This document shows, piece after piece, positions 43,225 through 53,679 of a stretch of 61,109 nucleotides of DNA. Origin of the DNA: Pseudomonadota bacterium. Its GTDB lineage: Bacteria > Pseudomonadota > Gammaproteobacteria > UBA12402. Within the stretch, counting starts at the first letter, position 1; each line of letters starts with the position of its first letter. The stretch lies in the NCBI GenBank assembly GCA_038043025.1, contig JBBTCW010000003.1:1-61109 (forward strand), given 5' to 3'. Below the pieces are notes generated by a model, which had not been told where the DNA came from, ran no database searches, and saw nothing but the letters and a program-made list of their open reading frames with translations. A program made the position numbers and the translations under genes.

Positions 43225-43512
43225 TTATTCAATAATGCCTAAAATATCTTCTTCGCGTAACACGACGAGCTCGTTGTCGTTGAGCTTGACCTCGGTACCG
43301 GAATATTTTCCGTACAATACTGTGTTTCCTTTTTTGACATCCATCGGCGAACGATGGCCGTTGTCATCAAGCTTGCCTGGACCTACCGCTTCAACGGTGC
43401 CTCGGCTGGGTTTTTCTTTGGCATTGTCTGGAATGACGATACCGCCTTTGCTCACATCTTCTTTGACTGGTTTGACCAGTACTCGGTCATGTAATGGACG
43501 AAATGACGACAT
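43225..43512 (-). CDS. groS: Co-chaperonin GroES
   Basis: [34 protein letters not shown] and EEDILGI. Confidence 0.99.
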   Translation of the reverse strand: MSSFRPLHDRVLVKPVKEDVSKGGIVIPDNAKEKPSRGTVEAVGPGKLDDNGHRSPMDVKKGNTVLYGKYSGTEVKLNDNELVVLREEDILGIIE

Positions 43513-43562
43513 AGCTATTTCTCCTTAAGTTATTTGAGTTAAAAATGATCAAAATATTTTGA

Positions 43563-43589
43563 TTAGCACTCTCTGCTTGAGAGTGCTAA
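43563..43589. promoter_or_regulatory. CIRCE element (HrcA operator)
   Basis: Perfect TTAGCACTC-N9(tctgcttga)-GAGTGCTAA upstream of groES. Confidence 0.95.
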
Positions 43590-43590
43590 T

Positions 43591-43618
43591 AATAGGGTCG
43601 AAATGCTAAGAGTTCAAG
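43591..43618 (-). promoter_or_regulatory. Sigma-32 promoter of groESL
   Basis: Minus strand CTTGAA ... CCCTATT matches the RpoH consensus CTTGAA/CCCCAT and abuts CIRCE. Confidence 0.7.
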
Positions 43619-43716
43619 AGGCTATTTGAAAAAATTAAACAATCATAAGTAAAATGCTGACATTCGTTTCAGCCAATTCAGATTGGATATTGTTCGTATT
43701 GTAGATAATTTTAGCC

Positions 43717-44757
43717 ATGGACAATAAATGCCGAAATTATTTAGCGCTCAATCATATTCTCGGGTTAAAATCGAGCGATATCCAACAGATTCTAAAATAT
43801 GGCGACGATGATTTTTCGCAATTAAAAGAATTTTCCAATGTAAATTGGTCATTAATCGATGCAGAATTAAAATGGGCAGAAGAAACAAATCATCACATCG
43901 TGACCTGTGATGACGATCATTATCCTCGCTTGCTAAAAGAAATTCAGGATCCACCACTCATTTTATATATATGGGGAAATCTCGATTGTTTGGCGAAATC
44001 GCAATTAGCCATCGTCGGTAGTCGCACGCCGACCTCGACAGGCTATGAAACGGCTTATCAGTTTGCGCAATATTTTTCTCAATGTGGACTCGTTATAACC
44101 AGTGGATTGGCTCGGGGTATTGATGCAGCAAGTCACGAGGGTGCATTGACATCGGGAGAAACCGTTGCGGTCTTGGGTGCTGGATTGAATCACATTTATC
44201 CCCAAGAGCATATAAGTCTGAGTGCTCGCATTGCCGAACGTGGTGCGGTGATTTCTGAATTTCCGCTCAAGATGCGGCCTCAAAAATTCAATTTTCCCCG
44301 ACGCAATCGTGTGATCAGCGGATTGAGTCTGGGCGTTTTAGTCGTGGAGGCCGCTGCGCGAAGCGGATCACTCATTACTGCGCGCTTGGCAGGTGAACAG
44401 GGTCGTGAAGTCTTTGCTGTGCCTGGATCCATTCATAATCCCTTATCAAAAGGCTGTCATTGTCTGATTCGTGAGGGGGCTAAATTGGCTGAAACCGCTC
44501 AAGATGTGATCGATGAATTGAGCGGATTTGATCTAAATTTATCCAAAATATCGCCAGATAAGCCGAAAAAGCCACGTCACCCCCTAGACGATCAACACAA
44601 GAAGCTGCTATCCTGCGTCGGATTTGAGCTTACCACGCTCGATACTCTGATCGCTCGCAGCGGTTGTTTGATCGAAATAATATCATCACGGTTGCTATCG
44701 TTAGAGCTTGGTGGTTATATAAAAGAGGTGTCGGGCGGTTATTGTCGGATTAAATAA
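43717..44757 (+). CDS. dprA: DNA-processing protein DprA (Smf)
   Basis: YP.LL.EI.DPP, AIVGSR, SGLARGIDAA.H, FPRRNR.ISG, EA..RSGSLITA and GREVFAVPG. Confidence 0.97.
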   Translation: MDNKCRNYLALNHILGLKSSDIQQILKYGDDDFSQLKEFSNVNWSLIDAELKWAEETNHHIVTCDDDHYPRLLKEIQDPPLILYIWGNLDCLAKSQLAIVGSRTPTSTGYETAYQFAQYFSQCGLVITSGLARGIDAASHEGALTSGETVAVLGAGLNHIYPQEHISLSARIAERGAVISEFPLKMRPQKFNFPRRNRVISGLSLGVLVVEAAARSGSLITARLAGEQGREVFAVPGSIHNPLSKGCHCLIREGAKLAETAQDVIDELSGFDLNLSKISPDKPKKPRHPLDDQHKKLLSCVGFELTTLDTLIARSGCLIEIISSRLLSLELGGYIKEVSGGYCRIK

Positions 44758-44766
44758 GAGAGGGTC

Positions 44767-45246
44767 ATGAAAGAAAACTTATTAGACGCGCTCATGTATT
44801 TGTTTGAAAACTATGTCAGCGAAGAGATTCCGCTGCAAGCGAACAAACAAATCATTAAAACAGAAATGGTTACGGCGGGATTCCAACGTGATCGGGTGTA
44901 TGAAGCATTCGAATGGTTCGATGTGTTGAAAAAATCGGCGGTTGAATTTGGTAAAAATAAAACGGTGAGTACACAGAATATTCGAATTTATTCGCCGCAA
45001 GAACTTGCAAAAATCACACCCGAAGCGCGTGGCTGTATTTTGTATCTTGAACAAACCGGTATTTTAGACGCGCGTACGCGAGAATTAATTATTGACCGCG
45101 TCATGGCGTTAGCGGAACCCGTGATTGAAGTGCCGGAAATTAAGTGGGTGAGTTTATTGGTACTGTATAATTTACCAGAACTCAGTGAGCAGATAGGATG
45201 GCTTGAAGATTTTGTGTTTAATGGGCCATGCGAAATACAACATTGA
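44767..45246 (+). CDS. smg: Smg (DUF494) protein
   Basis: L.YLFENY, AGF, RIYS..E and RELIIDRVMAL; between dprA and topA. Confidence 0.92.
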   Translation: MKENLLDALMYLFENYVSEEIPLQANKQIIKTEMVTAGFQRDRVYEAFEWFDVLKKSAVEFGKNKTVSTQNIRIYSPQELAKITPEARGCILYLEQTGILDARTRELIIDRVMALAEPVIEVPEIKWVSLLVLYNLPELSEQIGWLEDFVFNGPCEIQH

Positions 45247-45255
45247 TAAAATACT

Positions 45256-47628
45256 ATGACTAAAAATCTTGTTATTGTCGAGTCACCGGCGAAGTCAAAA
45301 ACGCTTCAAAAATATTTGGGGGAAGAATTTTCTATTTTAGCCTCCTATGGACATATTCGAGATTTATTGCCGAAGAGTGGTTCGGTGGATACCGAAAATG
45401 GTTTTGCCATGCGTTATCAGGTTATTGAAAAAAATGCCAAACGTTTGGATGATATCAGTAAAGCCTTAAAAAAAGCACATACATTATATCTTGCACTCGA
45501 TCCGGATCGCGAGGGAGAGGCGATCGCATGGCATCTTTATGATATGTTGCAAGAGAAAGGCGCATTAAAAAATAAGATGGTGCATCGCGTTGTTTTTCAT
45601 GAAATTACAAAAACAGCCGTGCAACATGCGATTGAAAATCCACGTCAAATCGATATGAATCTTGTCAATGCACAGCAGGCACGTCGCGCATTAGATTATT
45701 TAGTTGGATTTACGCTGTCACCCTTGCTATGGAAAAAAGTGAGAACAGGGCTGTCGGCAGGCCGTGTACAAAGTCCCGCATTACGATTGATCGTTGAACG
45801 TGAAGAAGAAATCGAAGCATTTAAACCGCGAGAATATTGGACGGTTGTTGCGAATTGTCATGCGAAGAAACAAGGATTTAACGCGCGCCTCACGAAATAT
45901 GAAAATGAAAAAGTTGAGCAATTCACGGTGACGGGAGAAAAACAAGCCACAGAGATTAAAACAAAATTAACGCGCATTGCAAAAGGAAAATTGGTCGTTG
46001 ACCAAGTTGAGAAAAAAACGCGAAAGCGTCATCCCGCTCCGCCATTTATTACGTCCACGTTACAACAAGAAGCGGTGCATAAATTAGGTTTTTCTGCCAA
46101 ACAAACCATGATGATTGCGCAGCAATTATATGAAGGCATTGAAATTGGCATGGGCACTACGGGTTTGATTACGTATATGCGTACAGATTCGGTTAGTTTG
46201 GCCAATGAAGCATTGGAAGAGATTCGCGCGTTTATTGCCAAACATTACGGCAAAGATGATTTGCCGGGTGTGCCAAGAGTGTTTAAAACAAAGAGTAAAA
46301 ATGCGCAAGAAGCACATGAAGCGATTCGTCCGACATCCGCTATGCGTACGCCCGAATCCATTAAGACATACTTAAGCGCGCAACAATATAAATTATATGA
46401 TTTAATTTGGAAGCGTACGATTGCTTGTCAGATGATTCACGCAGATATTTTTACGGTTTCCATTGATTTGTTATGCGGATCCGACAATATGTTTCGTGCG
46501 ACGGGATCGACCATCGCCAATCCGGGTTTTATTAAAGTGTATCAAGAAGGAACGGATTTAGAAGAAATCAAAGAAGAAAATTTATTGCCTGAACTTGACA
46601 AAGGTGATGCAGTTGATTTGTTAGATATTTTGTGCGATCAGCATTTTACAGAGCCACCGCCACGTTATTCAGAAGCCAGTTTAGTTAAAGTGTTGGAAGA
46701 ACATGATATTGGCCGCCCTTCGACATACGCGGCAATTATTTCAACCATACAGTATCGAAAGTATGCGATTCTGGAGCAAAAGCGATTTCACCCAACGGAT
46801 GTCGGTCGAATTGTCACTAAGTTTTTAACCACTTATTTCACGCAATATGTGGATTATGATTTTACAGCACATTTAGAAGGACAGTTGGATGCGGTTTCAC
46901 GCGGCGAAACGGTTTGGGTGCCATTATTGGAAAAATTCTGGGTGCCGTTCAAAAAACAAATCGATAAAATCGAAAAAGAAGTTAAACGCAGCGATGTGAC
47001 GCAAGAAAAAACTGACGAAAAATGTCCGAAATGCAGCGCGCCGCTCGTCATTCGTCTTGGACGTAATGGCAAATTTATTGGTTGTTCAACTTATCCCGAG
47101 TGTGATTATACGCGCAGTTTAAATCCAGAGGAGAACGAGCCGGATACGCCTGAAATTGTGGAAGGACGCAAGTGTCCAGAATGCAATTCAGACTTACAAA
47201 TTCGTCGTGGACGATACGGTAAATTTATTGGTTGTACTAATTATCCTAAATGTAAACATATCGAACCTCTCGAAAAACCAGCGGATACCGGCGTACGCTG
47301 TCCAGAATGTCATAAAGGAACCATACTGAAACGCAAGTCACGCTATGGAAAGATTTTTTATTCCTGTTCGCGTTATCCGGATTGTAAATATGCGGTTTGG
47401 TATGAGCCGATTGATGAAGGTTGTCCAAAATGTAAATGGCCCATGCTCATGCTGAAGATAACAAAGCGCCGCGGCACAGAACATGCCTGTCCGCAGAAAA
47501 ATTGTGGTTATGTGAAAGTCGTACAAGCGCCAGAAAGAGCAGATAAAGCCGCGCCAGAGAAAATTGCCAAAAAGAAAACAGTAAAAACGGCGAAGAAAAA
47601 GATGGCGAAGAAGGAGCCTAAAAAGTAA
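45256..47628 (+). CDS. topA: DNA topoisomerase I with C-terminal zinc ribbons and Lys-rich tail
   Basis: IVESPAK, DPDREGEAI, SAGRVQS, ITYMRTD, AHEAIRPT and GRPSTY; repeated CPxC...C.YP.C. Confidence 0.98.
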   Translation: MTKNLVIVESPAKSKTLQKYLGEEFSILASYGHIRDLLPKSGSVDTENGFAMRYQVIEKNAKRLDDISKALKKAHTLYLALDPDREGEAIAWHLYDMLQEKGALKNKMVHRVVFHEITKTAVQHAIENPRQIDMNLVNAQQARRALDYLVGFTLSPLLWKKVRTGLSAGRVQSPALRLIVEREEEIEAFKPREYWTVVANCHAKKQGFNARLTKYENEKVEQFTVTGEKQATEIKTKLTRIAKGKLVVDQVEKKTRKRHPAPPFITSTLQQEAVHKLGFSAKQTMMIAQQLYEGIEIGMGTTGLITYMRTDSVSLANEALEEIRAFIAKHYGKDDLPGVPRVFKTKSKNAQEAHEAIRPTSAMRTPESIKTYLSAQQYKLYDLIWKRTIACQMIHADIFTVSIDLLCGSDNMFRATGSTIANPGFIKVYQEGTDLEEIKEENLLPELDKGDAVDLLDILCDQHFTEPPPRYSEASLVKVLEEHDIGRPSTYAAIISTIQYRKYAILEQKRFHPTDVGRIVTKFLTTYFTQYVDYDFTAHLEGQLDAVSRGETVWVPLLEKFWVPFKKQIDKIEKEVKRSDVTQEKTDEKCPKCSAPLVIRLGRNGKFIGCSTYPECDYTRSLNPEENEPDTPEIVEGRKCPECNSDLQIRRGRYGKFIGCTNYPKCKHIEPLEKPADTGVRCPECHKGTILKRKSRYGKIFYSCSRYPDCKYAVWYEPIDEGCPKCKWPMLMLKITKRRGTEHACPQKNCGYVKVVQAPERADKAAPEKIAKKKTVKTAKKKMAKKEPKK

Positions 47629-47633
47629 TTCCC

Positions 47634-47705
47634 CTGGATGCCGCGATCAAGTCGCGGCATGACAGAAAGTGTTGAGTCATCCCGCGGCTTGACCGCGGGA
47701 TCCAG
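47634..47705. repeat. Inverted pair of CGTC-type REP / RPE-like palindromes
   Basis: CTGGATGCCGCGATCAAGTCGCGGCATGAC (47634-47663) and GTCATCCCGCGGCTTGACCGCGGGATCCAG (47676-47705); same family as 8008-8037. Confidence 0.85.
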
Positions 47706-47731
47706 ATATTATATTTCTACGGAGCAAAAAT

Positions 47732-49342
47732 ATGGATTTTAATATTTTAGGCATCCACAATGTCCAACAAATCCATCACAATCCCTCCTACGAAACCTTA
47801 TTTAAACATGAAACCGATGCATCGCTTTCGGGTTATGAAAAAGGGCTACTAACACAGCTCGATGCGGTTTCCGTTGAAACAGGGTGTTTTACCGGACGTT
47901 CAGCAAAAGATAAATATATCGTTAAAGATCCGCAAACCGAAAAACATGTTTGGTGGAAAGCCGCCGGTTCAGATAATCAATCGATTGATCAAGCGACCTG
48001 GGATCATTTAAAAAAAATATCGACACAACAATTATCCGAAAAAACATTGTATATCATCGATGGATTTTGTGGCGCGAATCCTGATACTCGTCTTTGTGTG
48101 CGTTTGGTGACAGAAGTTGCATGGCAGGCGCATTTTTTTAAAAATATGTTTATTCGCCCGAGCGCAGAAGAACTCGAGAACTTTAAACCCGACTGGACAA
48201 TTTTAAACGCCTGCAAAACAACTTGTCTCGATTATAAAAAATTTGGTTTGCGTTCAGAAAATTTTGTGGCCTTTCATATGACGGAACGCATGACATTAAT
48301 CGGCGGTACGTGGTATGGCGGTGAGATGAAGAAAGGCATTTTTTCGATGATGAATTATTTTTTGCCGCTAAAAGGAATCGGTTCATTTCATTGTTCTGCG
48401 AATCAAGGCGAAGCAGGCGATACAGCATTATTTTTTGGGTTATCTGGTACGGGTAAAACAACCTTGTCGACGGATCCAAAACGAAAATTAATTGGCGATG
48501 ATGAACATGGCTGGGATGATGACGGCGTGTTTAATTTTGAAGGGGGTTGTTATGCAAAAACCATTCGGCTTTCAAAAGAAAAAGAACCCGATGTGTATCA
48601 TGCCATTAAGCGCGATGCCTTATTAGAAAATGTCGTTGTCGATGACCGTGGCGTTGTCGACTTTAATAGTGATAAAAAGACTGAAAATACAAGGGTTTCG
48701 TATCCCCTTTATCATATTGATAATATCGTCAAACCGGTGTCGCGTGGCACGCATCCTCAGCGCATTATTTTCCTGACCTGTGATGCGTATGGGGTTTTGC
48801 CACCGGTGTCTTTGTTGGATAACCGCCAAGCGATGTATCAATTTTTGTCGGGTTATACGGCAAAAGTAGCGGGAACAGAATTAGGCGTGGTCGAACCCGT
48901 TGCAACGTTTTCTGCCTGCTTTGGTGCGCCGTTTTTATTGTTGGATCCGGTTTGTTATACTAAATTATTGAGCGAGAAAATGGCTAAGCATCAAGCTCGC
49001 GCATTTTTATTGAACACCGGCTGGATCGGTGGTGGATACGGCGTGGGCGAACGTATTTCGATTCAAGCGACGCGTGTGATTATTGATGCGATTTTAGATG
49101 GTTCGATTGATAAGGCCGAAACTGAAAATTTCCCCGTCTTTAATTTAAAAATACCCAAAAAATTAAATGGCGTGGATGCGCATATTTTGAATCCCAAGCG
49201 CGCATGGGCGGACAAACAGGCATATGACGTTGCCTTAGAAAATTTGGCCAAGCAGTTTGCTAAAAATTTCGAGCGTTTTTCCAGCACACCCGCCGGACGA
49301 GCGCTGCAAACCGCCGGGCCGGTGTTGGAATTAATGGTATGA
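47732..49342 (+). CDS. pckA: Phosphoenolpyruvate carboxykinase (ATP)
   Basis: [37 protein letters not shown] and NFEGGCYAK. Confidence 0.98.
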   Translation: MDFNILGIHNVQQIHHNPSYETLFKHETDASLSGYEKGLLTQLDAVSVETGCFTGRSAKDKYIVKDPQTEKHVWWKAAGSDNQSIDQATWDHLKKISTQQLSEKTLYIIDGFCGANPDTRLCVRLVTEVAWQAHFFKNMFIRPSAEELENFKPDWTILNACKTTCLDYKKFGLRSENFVAFHMTERMTLIGGTWYGGEMKKGIFSMMNYFLPLKGIGSFHCSANQGEAGDTALFFGLSGTGKTTLSTDPKRKLIGDDEHGWDDDGVFNFEGGCYAKTIRLSKEKEPDVYHAIKRDALLENVVVDDRGVVDFNSDKKTENTRVSYPLYHIDNIVKPVSRGTHPQRIIFLTCDAYGVLPPVSLLDNRQAMYQFLSGYTAKVAGTELGVVEPVATFSACFGAPFLLLDPVCYTKLLSEKMAKHQARAFLLNTGWIGGGYGVGERISIQATRVIIDAILDGSIDKAETENFPVFNLKIPKKLNGVDAHILNPKRAWADKQAYDVALENLAKQFAKNFERFSSTPAGRALQTAGPVLELMV

Positions 49343-49415
49343 TTTTCTTCATTTTTAGTCGTCCATATCGATGACTTCTGTTGCCATCGCTGCCATCTGA
49401 TCGATTTCTGCTTGC

Positions 49416-49952
49416 TTAGCGCGCTGGGGTTGCTATCGCTGCAGCCGCTATTTCTGCCTCTATCTCTCCTCTGTCAGAAAGCATATCATAATCTTCATCT
49501 TCTTCTTCTGATGTTGCCACTGACACAGCATCCTCTTCTATTGTGGTATCTGCCGCTTTCTGAGCGCCATGTGCGATTAACAGAGCTATTATCCTTTCGT
49601 GGCCATGCGTTGTCGCTCTATCTAATGCGGTGAGTCCGCTGGGATTTCCAGGTGCGTTAACATCAATAGGTAGCTCTCCTTTATAGGTCAGTAAAATCTC
49701 GACAAGTTTTTCAAGTCCATTTCCAGCGGCAGCGCGTAGAACTAAATTAAAGTCACCATCGATAAGCGAGTAAGTGGCCGGATGAAAGGTGTTTTGTGTT
49801 TTGGGTGATTTTATGGTGGTGTGCACATAATCAATAAGCCAATATAGTACCGGATCATCGCTCTTATTGATTAACTGTAGCGTCTCGTTCCATTGATTGC
49901 GTGAAATTAATGATTTGAGCTGAGTGTGTTGCGGGTGTTGATCGGTGCGCAT
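49416..49952 (-). CDS. Small ankyrin-repeat protein with acidic C-terminus (candidate effector)
   Basis: LRAAAGNG...LVEILL and DVNA...GLTALDRA...GH..I..LLI.HGA; SEEEDEDYD block; GGAG RBS. Confidence 0.75.
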   Translation of the reverse strand: MRTDQHPQHTQLKSLISRNQWNETLQLINKSDDPVLYWLIDYVHTTIKSPKTQNTFHPATYSLIDGDFNLVLRAAAGNGLEKLVEILLTYKGELPIDVNAPGNPSGLTALDRATTHGHERIIALLIAHGAQKAADTTIEEDAVSVATSEEEDEDYDMLSDRGEIEAEIAAAAIATPAR

Positions 49953-50002
49953 GAATTTTGTTCTCCTTGTTAGTGATTTGAATTGTGATAATATACAATC
50001 TT

Positions 50003-50344
50003 ATGCACGAGCTTTCAATCATACAAGATATTTTAAAAACTATTGAGCAAACGGCGATCAAGAACGATCTAAAAAAAATCAATAAAGCGACATTGGAAAT
50101 TGGTCAAATGCGGCAATGCATTCCCGAATTTTTGCAGTTTGCGTTTGAAACGTTAACGAAAGATACGATTGCCTCAGGGGCTCAATTAATTATTCGAGAA
50201 ATTCCAGTCAAAGCGCTTTGTTTACAGTGTAAAAAAGAATTTCAAGTGATCGATGATAGTTATGGCTGCCCGCACTGTGATAGTATCGAGTTGGATATTT
50301 TAAGCGGAAAAGAAATTGTTTTAAGCAGTATTGACGGAGACTAA
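50003..50344 (+). CDS. hypA: Hydrogenase nickel metallochaperone HypA
   Basis: MHELS N-terminus, CLQC and CPHC pairs, and SGKE; start at ATG 50003. Confidence 0.96.
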   Translation: MHELSIIQDILKTIEQTAIKNDLKKINKATLEIGQMRQCIPEFLQFAFETLTKDTIASGAQLIIREIPVKALCLQCKKEFQVIDDSYGCPHCDSIELDILSGKEIVLSSIDGD

Positions 50345-50347
50345 CGC

Positions 50348-51013
50348 ATGGAAATTTTAATCAAACAAGATTTGTTAATCGCCAATGAAGAAAAAGCAAA
50401 GGATATACGCGCGCGATTAAAACAACATAATATTTGCATGTTAAATTTAATTGGCTCGCCCGGCGCAGGCAAGACGTCGCTTTTGGAAAAAACGTTTTCA
50501 ACATTGGGTCAACGTTGTCGCATGGCGGTGATTGAAGGCGATGTTGAAACAGATGAGGATGCTAAGCGATTAGCACAATATCCCGTGTTGATTGCGATGG
50601 TGAATACGCACGGCGCCTGTCATTTAGAATCCGTGAGCGTTGAAAAGGCGTTGAATGCATTTGATTTGAAAAAGTTAGATTTAATTTTTGTGGAGAACAT
50701 TGGCAATTTGGTTTGTCCGGCGGAATTTGATGTGGGCGAAAATCTCAAAATTGCCGTGTTAAGCGTGTGCGAAGGAGATGATAAAGTGATAAAGTATCCC
50801 TTGTTGTTTCGCGAAGCCAGCATTGTTGTGCTGCACAAAATTGATCTCTTGCCGTATCTTAATTTTAATCGCGCGCGTTTTTATGCGGATCTTAAAAAGG
50901 TGAATCCAAAAGCGAAAGTATTAGAAGTATCATGTACGACGGAAGAAGGGGTTGATGCGTGGTGCAAGATGATATTGTCATTCACCAAAATAAATGTTAT
51001 ATCTATCTCATAG
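50348..51013 (+). CDS. hypB: Hydrogenase nickel-incorporation GTPase HypB
   Basis: SPGAGKT, VIEGD, GACHL, ENIGNLVCPAEFD.GE, EGDDK..KYP and KIDL. Confidence 0.96.
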   Translation: MEILIKQDLLIANEEKAKDIRARLKQHNICMLNLIGSPGAGKTSLLEKTFSTLGQRCRMAVIEGDVETDEDAKRLAQYPVLIAMVNTHGACHLESVSVEKALNAFDLKKLDLIFVENIGNLVCPAEFDVGENLKIAVLSVCEGDDKVIKYPLLFREASIVVLHKIDLLPYLNFNRARFYADLKKVNPKAKVLEVSCTTEEGVDAWCKMILSFTKINVISIS

Positions 51014-51035
51014 AGATAAAACACAATGGATTGCC

Positions 51036-52067
51036 ATGTTACTCAAAACCACAAAAGCGGCTCTTTTAAAAGGGATTGATCAAGTTTTATTAACTTATCA
51101 AGTGGCGGCGCTAACAAAACAAGTCGATCGAGTTTTATACGACTATGTGAAGACGAGTCAAGACATCTTTTGGGGTTGTCGACCGACTGTTTTGCCGCCC
51201 AAGAAATTTTTCTTTCCACCGCATGAAACGCTTCTCGATTATACTGCCGATGGACAAGTGAGCGCGCCGATTGAATCTAAACCGCTCGTTTTATTGGGTA
51301 TTCATCCCTGTGATTTGCGTGGCATTCAAATACTCGATGAAGCGTTTGCCGATTTGCATGGCGACCCCAATTATTTAGAGCGACGCGAGAAAGCGATCAT
51401 CATTGGCTTGGATTGTCATCAAAACTGTGATCAAGATTCATTTTGTTATAAGGTTGGCGCAAATTATGCAAAAACGGGTTATGACATCATGTTATATCCA
51501 CTGAAAGACGATCAGTATTTGGTTGAGATTGCAACGGATCGCGGCAGCGTGTTTGCCGAACAATTCTTACGGGCGATTAAAGGAGAAGAAACAGAATTAG
51601 AGGAATATCAACAAACGAAAGCAAAAGCGTTTGAATCATTAAAGCCATTTAAAGATTTAGAAAAATTTCCCGAACTTTTTCAAGAAAATACGCATCATCC
51701 GATTTGGGCACATGAAGGTGCGCGCTGCTTGAGTTGCGGTTCTTGTGTTATGGTTTGCCCCACCTGTTATTGTTTTAATGTTACCGATGATTGGGCGCTG
51801 AATATGCAGACCGGGAAGCGCGAGCGACATTGGGATGGATGTATGCTGCATGATTTTACGACGGTGGCCACGGGGGAAAACTTTCGTCCGACGGCGACCG
51901 CGCGATTACATCATCGCATCAATCGAAAATTTAATTATTTGATGAAGAAGCATGGGCAAGCGGTTTGTGTGGGTTGTGGGCGCTGTGTGCGCGCGTGTTT
52001 GGCAGAGATTAGTCCCAAAACAATTGCAGAAGCGATCAATGGTGAGGATGAAAAAGAATGGAATTAG
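51036..52067 (+). CDS. Group 3b [NiFe]-hydrogenase (sulfhydrogenase-type) beta subunit, 4Fe-4S dicluster
   Basis: PPKKFFFPP.E, IHPCD, CLSCGSC.MVCPTCYCF, R.WD.C and CVGCGRC.RAC; start uncertain. Confidence 0.88.
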   Translation: MLLKTTKAALLKGIDQVLLTYQVAALTKQVDRVLYDYVKTSQDIFWGCRPTVLPPKKFFFPPHETLLDYTADGQVSAPIESKPLVLLGIHPCDLRGIQILDEAFADLHGDPNYLERREKAIIIGLDCHQNCDQDSFCYKVGANYAKTGYDIMLYPLKDDQYLVEIATDRGSVFAEQFLRAIKGEETELEEYQQTKAKAFESLKPFKDLEKFPELFQENTHHPIWAHEGARCLSCGSCVMVCPTCYCFNVTDDWALNMQTGKRERHWDGCMLHDFTTVATGENFRPTATARLHHRINRKFNYLMKKHGQAVCVGCGRCVRACLAEISPKTIAEAINGEDEKEWN

Positions 52068-52918
52068 CATTAGCTCAATCCAATACGAAACTGTATTTGC
52101 CGGAGCCTGCAAGAATCGTTAAGGTGAAAAGTTTTACCGAGCACGAAAAATTTTTTCAGATTGAATTGTTGCGCAAAGGAAGTTTGGGGCATGATCCAGG
52201 ACAATTTGTTGAAGTATCTATTTTGGGAATAGGCGAGGCGCCCATTTCGATTGCATCGCCGCCCGATTCTGGTAATCGTTTTGATTTATGCGCACGTGCC
52301 GTGGGCGATGTCACTAAAAAGTTATTTACGTTAAAGAAAAATGATTTGATTTATATTCGCGGGCCTTTTGGCCATGGCTTTGATGATAAAATTTTTCAGC
52401 GCATGCAAGGAAAACATTTATTATTTATTGCCGGCGGTATTGGGTATTTTCCGTTGCGGTCGCTCATCAATCAAACCATTCCAATGGCAAAAAACTATAA
52501 AAAAATCTCGATTTTATACGGTTGCAAAACCTCGCAAGATCGTATGTTTCCGGATGAGCTTAAAAAAATTCATGACTTGTCAGTGGGAAGCAATGTTGAA
52601 TTGCTCGAAACGTTAGATCATCCCGAACCAGGTTGGACGGGCAATGTCGGTGTGATTACGACGTTAATTCCTAAAGTTGATTTTGTTCCTGCCGAAACCA
52701 TTGCTATTATTGTTGGGCCACCGATCATGTATAAATTTGTTTTGACATCATTGATGGATAAACATATGCCGAAAGAAAATATTTATATGTCGTTAGAGCG
52801 TCGCATGAAATGCGGCGTGGGTAAATGTGGCCATTGTCAGATGGCAGGCGTTTATGTGTGTCAGAAAGGGCCGGTGTTTAATTATGCAGATGTCAAAGAT
52901 AATGAGGAGTTATTTTGA
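52058..52918 (+). CDS. Group 3b hydrogenase gamma subunit (FAD/NAD(P)-binding, 2Fe-2S)
   Basis: PGQF, GEAPISI.S, RGPFG.GF, AGGIG..PLRS, GPPIM and SLERRMKCGVGKCGHC...C..GPVF. Confidence 0.9.
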   Translation: MELALAQSNTKLYLPEPARIVKVKSFTEHEKFFQIELLRKGSLGHDPGQFVEVSILGIGEAPISIASPPDSGNRFDLCARAVGDVTKKLFTLKKNDLIYIRGPFGHGFDDKIFQRMQGKHLLFIAGGIGYFPLRSLINQTIPMAKNYKKISILYGCKTSQDRMFPDELKKIHDLSVGSNVELLETLDHPEPGWTGNVGVITTLIPKVDFVPAETIAIIVGPPIMYKFVLTSLMDKHMPKENIYMSLERRMKCGVGKCGHCQMAGVYVCQKGPVFNYADVKDNEELF

Positions 52919-53679
52919 TGTCTAAAAAACCTAAAGTTGCATTTTTTGATTTTACCTGTTGCGAAGGTTGTCAGCTATGTGCCGTTGATTTAACGCCGGA
53001 ACAATTGTTTGATTTGTTGGCATTAGTTGACATCGTTGAATTTCGTGAAGTGATGACCGATAAAGCAGAAAGTTATGATATTGCTTTTATTGAAGGCTCG
53101 ATCTCGCGAAAACCCGATGAAGAAAGGATTAAAGATATTCGAGCGCGATCAAAATTATTGGTGACATTGGGCGCTTGTTCGACCATTGCCGGCGTGAATG
53201 CGCTACGAAATTTTTATCCCGATGATGAGTTGTTGCGTTTGGTTTATCCGGGACATCCAGAAATTAATCATACTACGATTGCGAGAGGAGTGAGTGAAGT
53301 TGTAAAAGTCGATGCGATGATTCCCGGTTGCCCGATTGATACAGATGAATTTTTGCGCGTAGTGAGAGATCTATTGTTGGGCAAAAAGCCTGAAATACCG
53401 ACCTATCCAGTATGTGTCGAATGTAAGATGAATGAAAACACTTGTGTATATGAAAAAGGGATATATTGTTTAGGTCCCGTTATTCGCGCAGGCTGTCATG
53501 CAATTTGCCCGAGCAATGGCGGGTATTGCTTTGGTTGCCGCGGTGTTATTCCTAAAGCCAATATTGAATCAATGAAAGAAGTTTTGCAGAAACATAATTT
53601 AAGTGCGGCAGCGGCGTTGGATAAATTTAAATTATTTCTCGAGCGGGACAAGGAGATTTTTCCAGATGACAAAAATTGA
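52918..53679 (+). CDS. Group 3b hydrogenase small (delta) subunit
   Basis: TCCEGCQL, EGSI, LGAC...G, IPGCP, VC.EC, CLGPV.RAGC.A.CP and C.GCRG. Confidence 0.92.
   Translation: MSKKPKVAFFDFTCCEGCQLCAVDLTPEQLFDLLALVDIVEFREVMTDKAESYDIAFIEGSISRKPDEERIKDIRARSKLLVTLGACSTIAGVNALRNFYPDDELLRLVYPGHPEINHTTIARGVSEVVKVDAMIPGCPIDTDEFLRVVRDLLLGKKPEIPTYPVCVECKMNENTCVYEKGIYCLGPVIRAGCHAICPSNGGYCFGCRGVIPKANIESMKEVLQKHNLSAAAALDKFKLFLERDKEIFPDDKN

Noticed and set aside
52058-52918. Beta/gamma genes as anaerobic sulfite reductase asrAB
   Set aside because: There is no asrC; they are followed by [NiFe] small and large subunits, the standard group 3b order.
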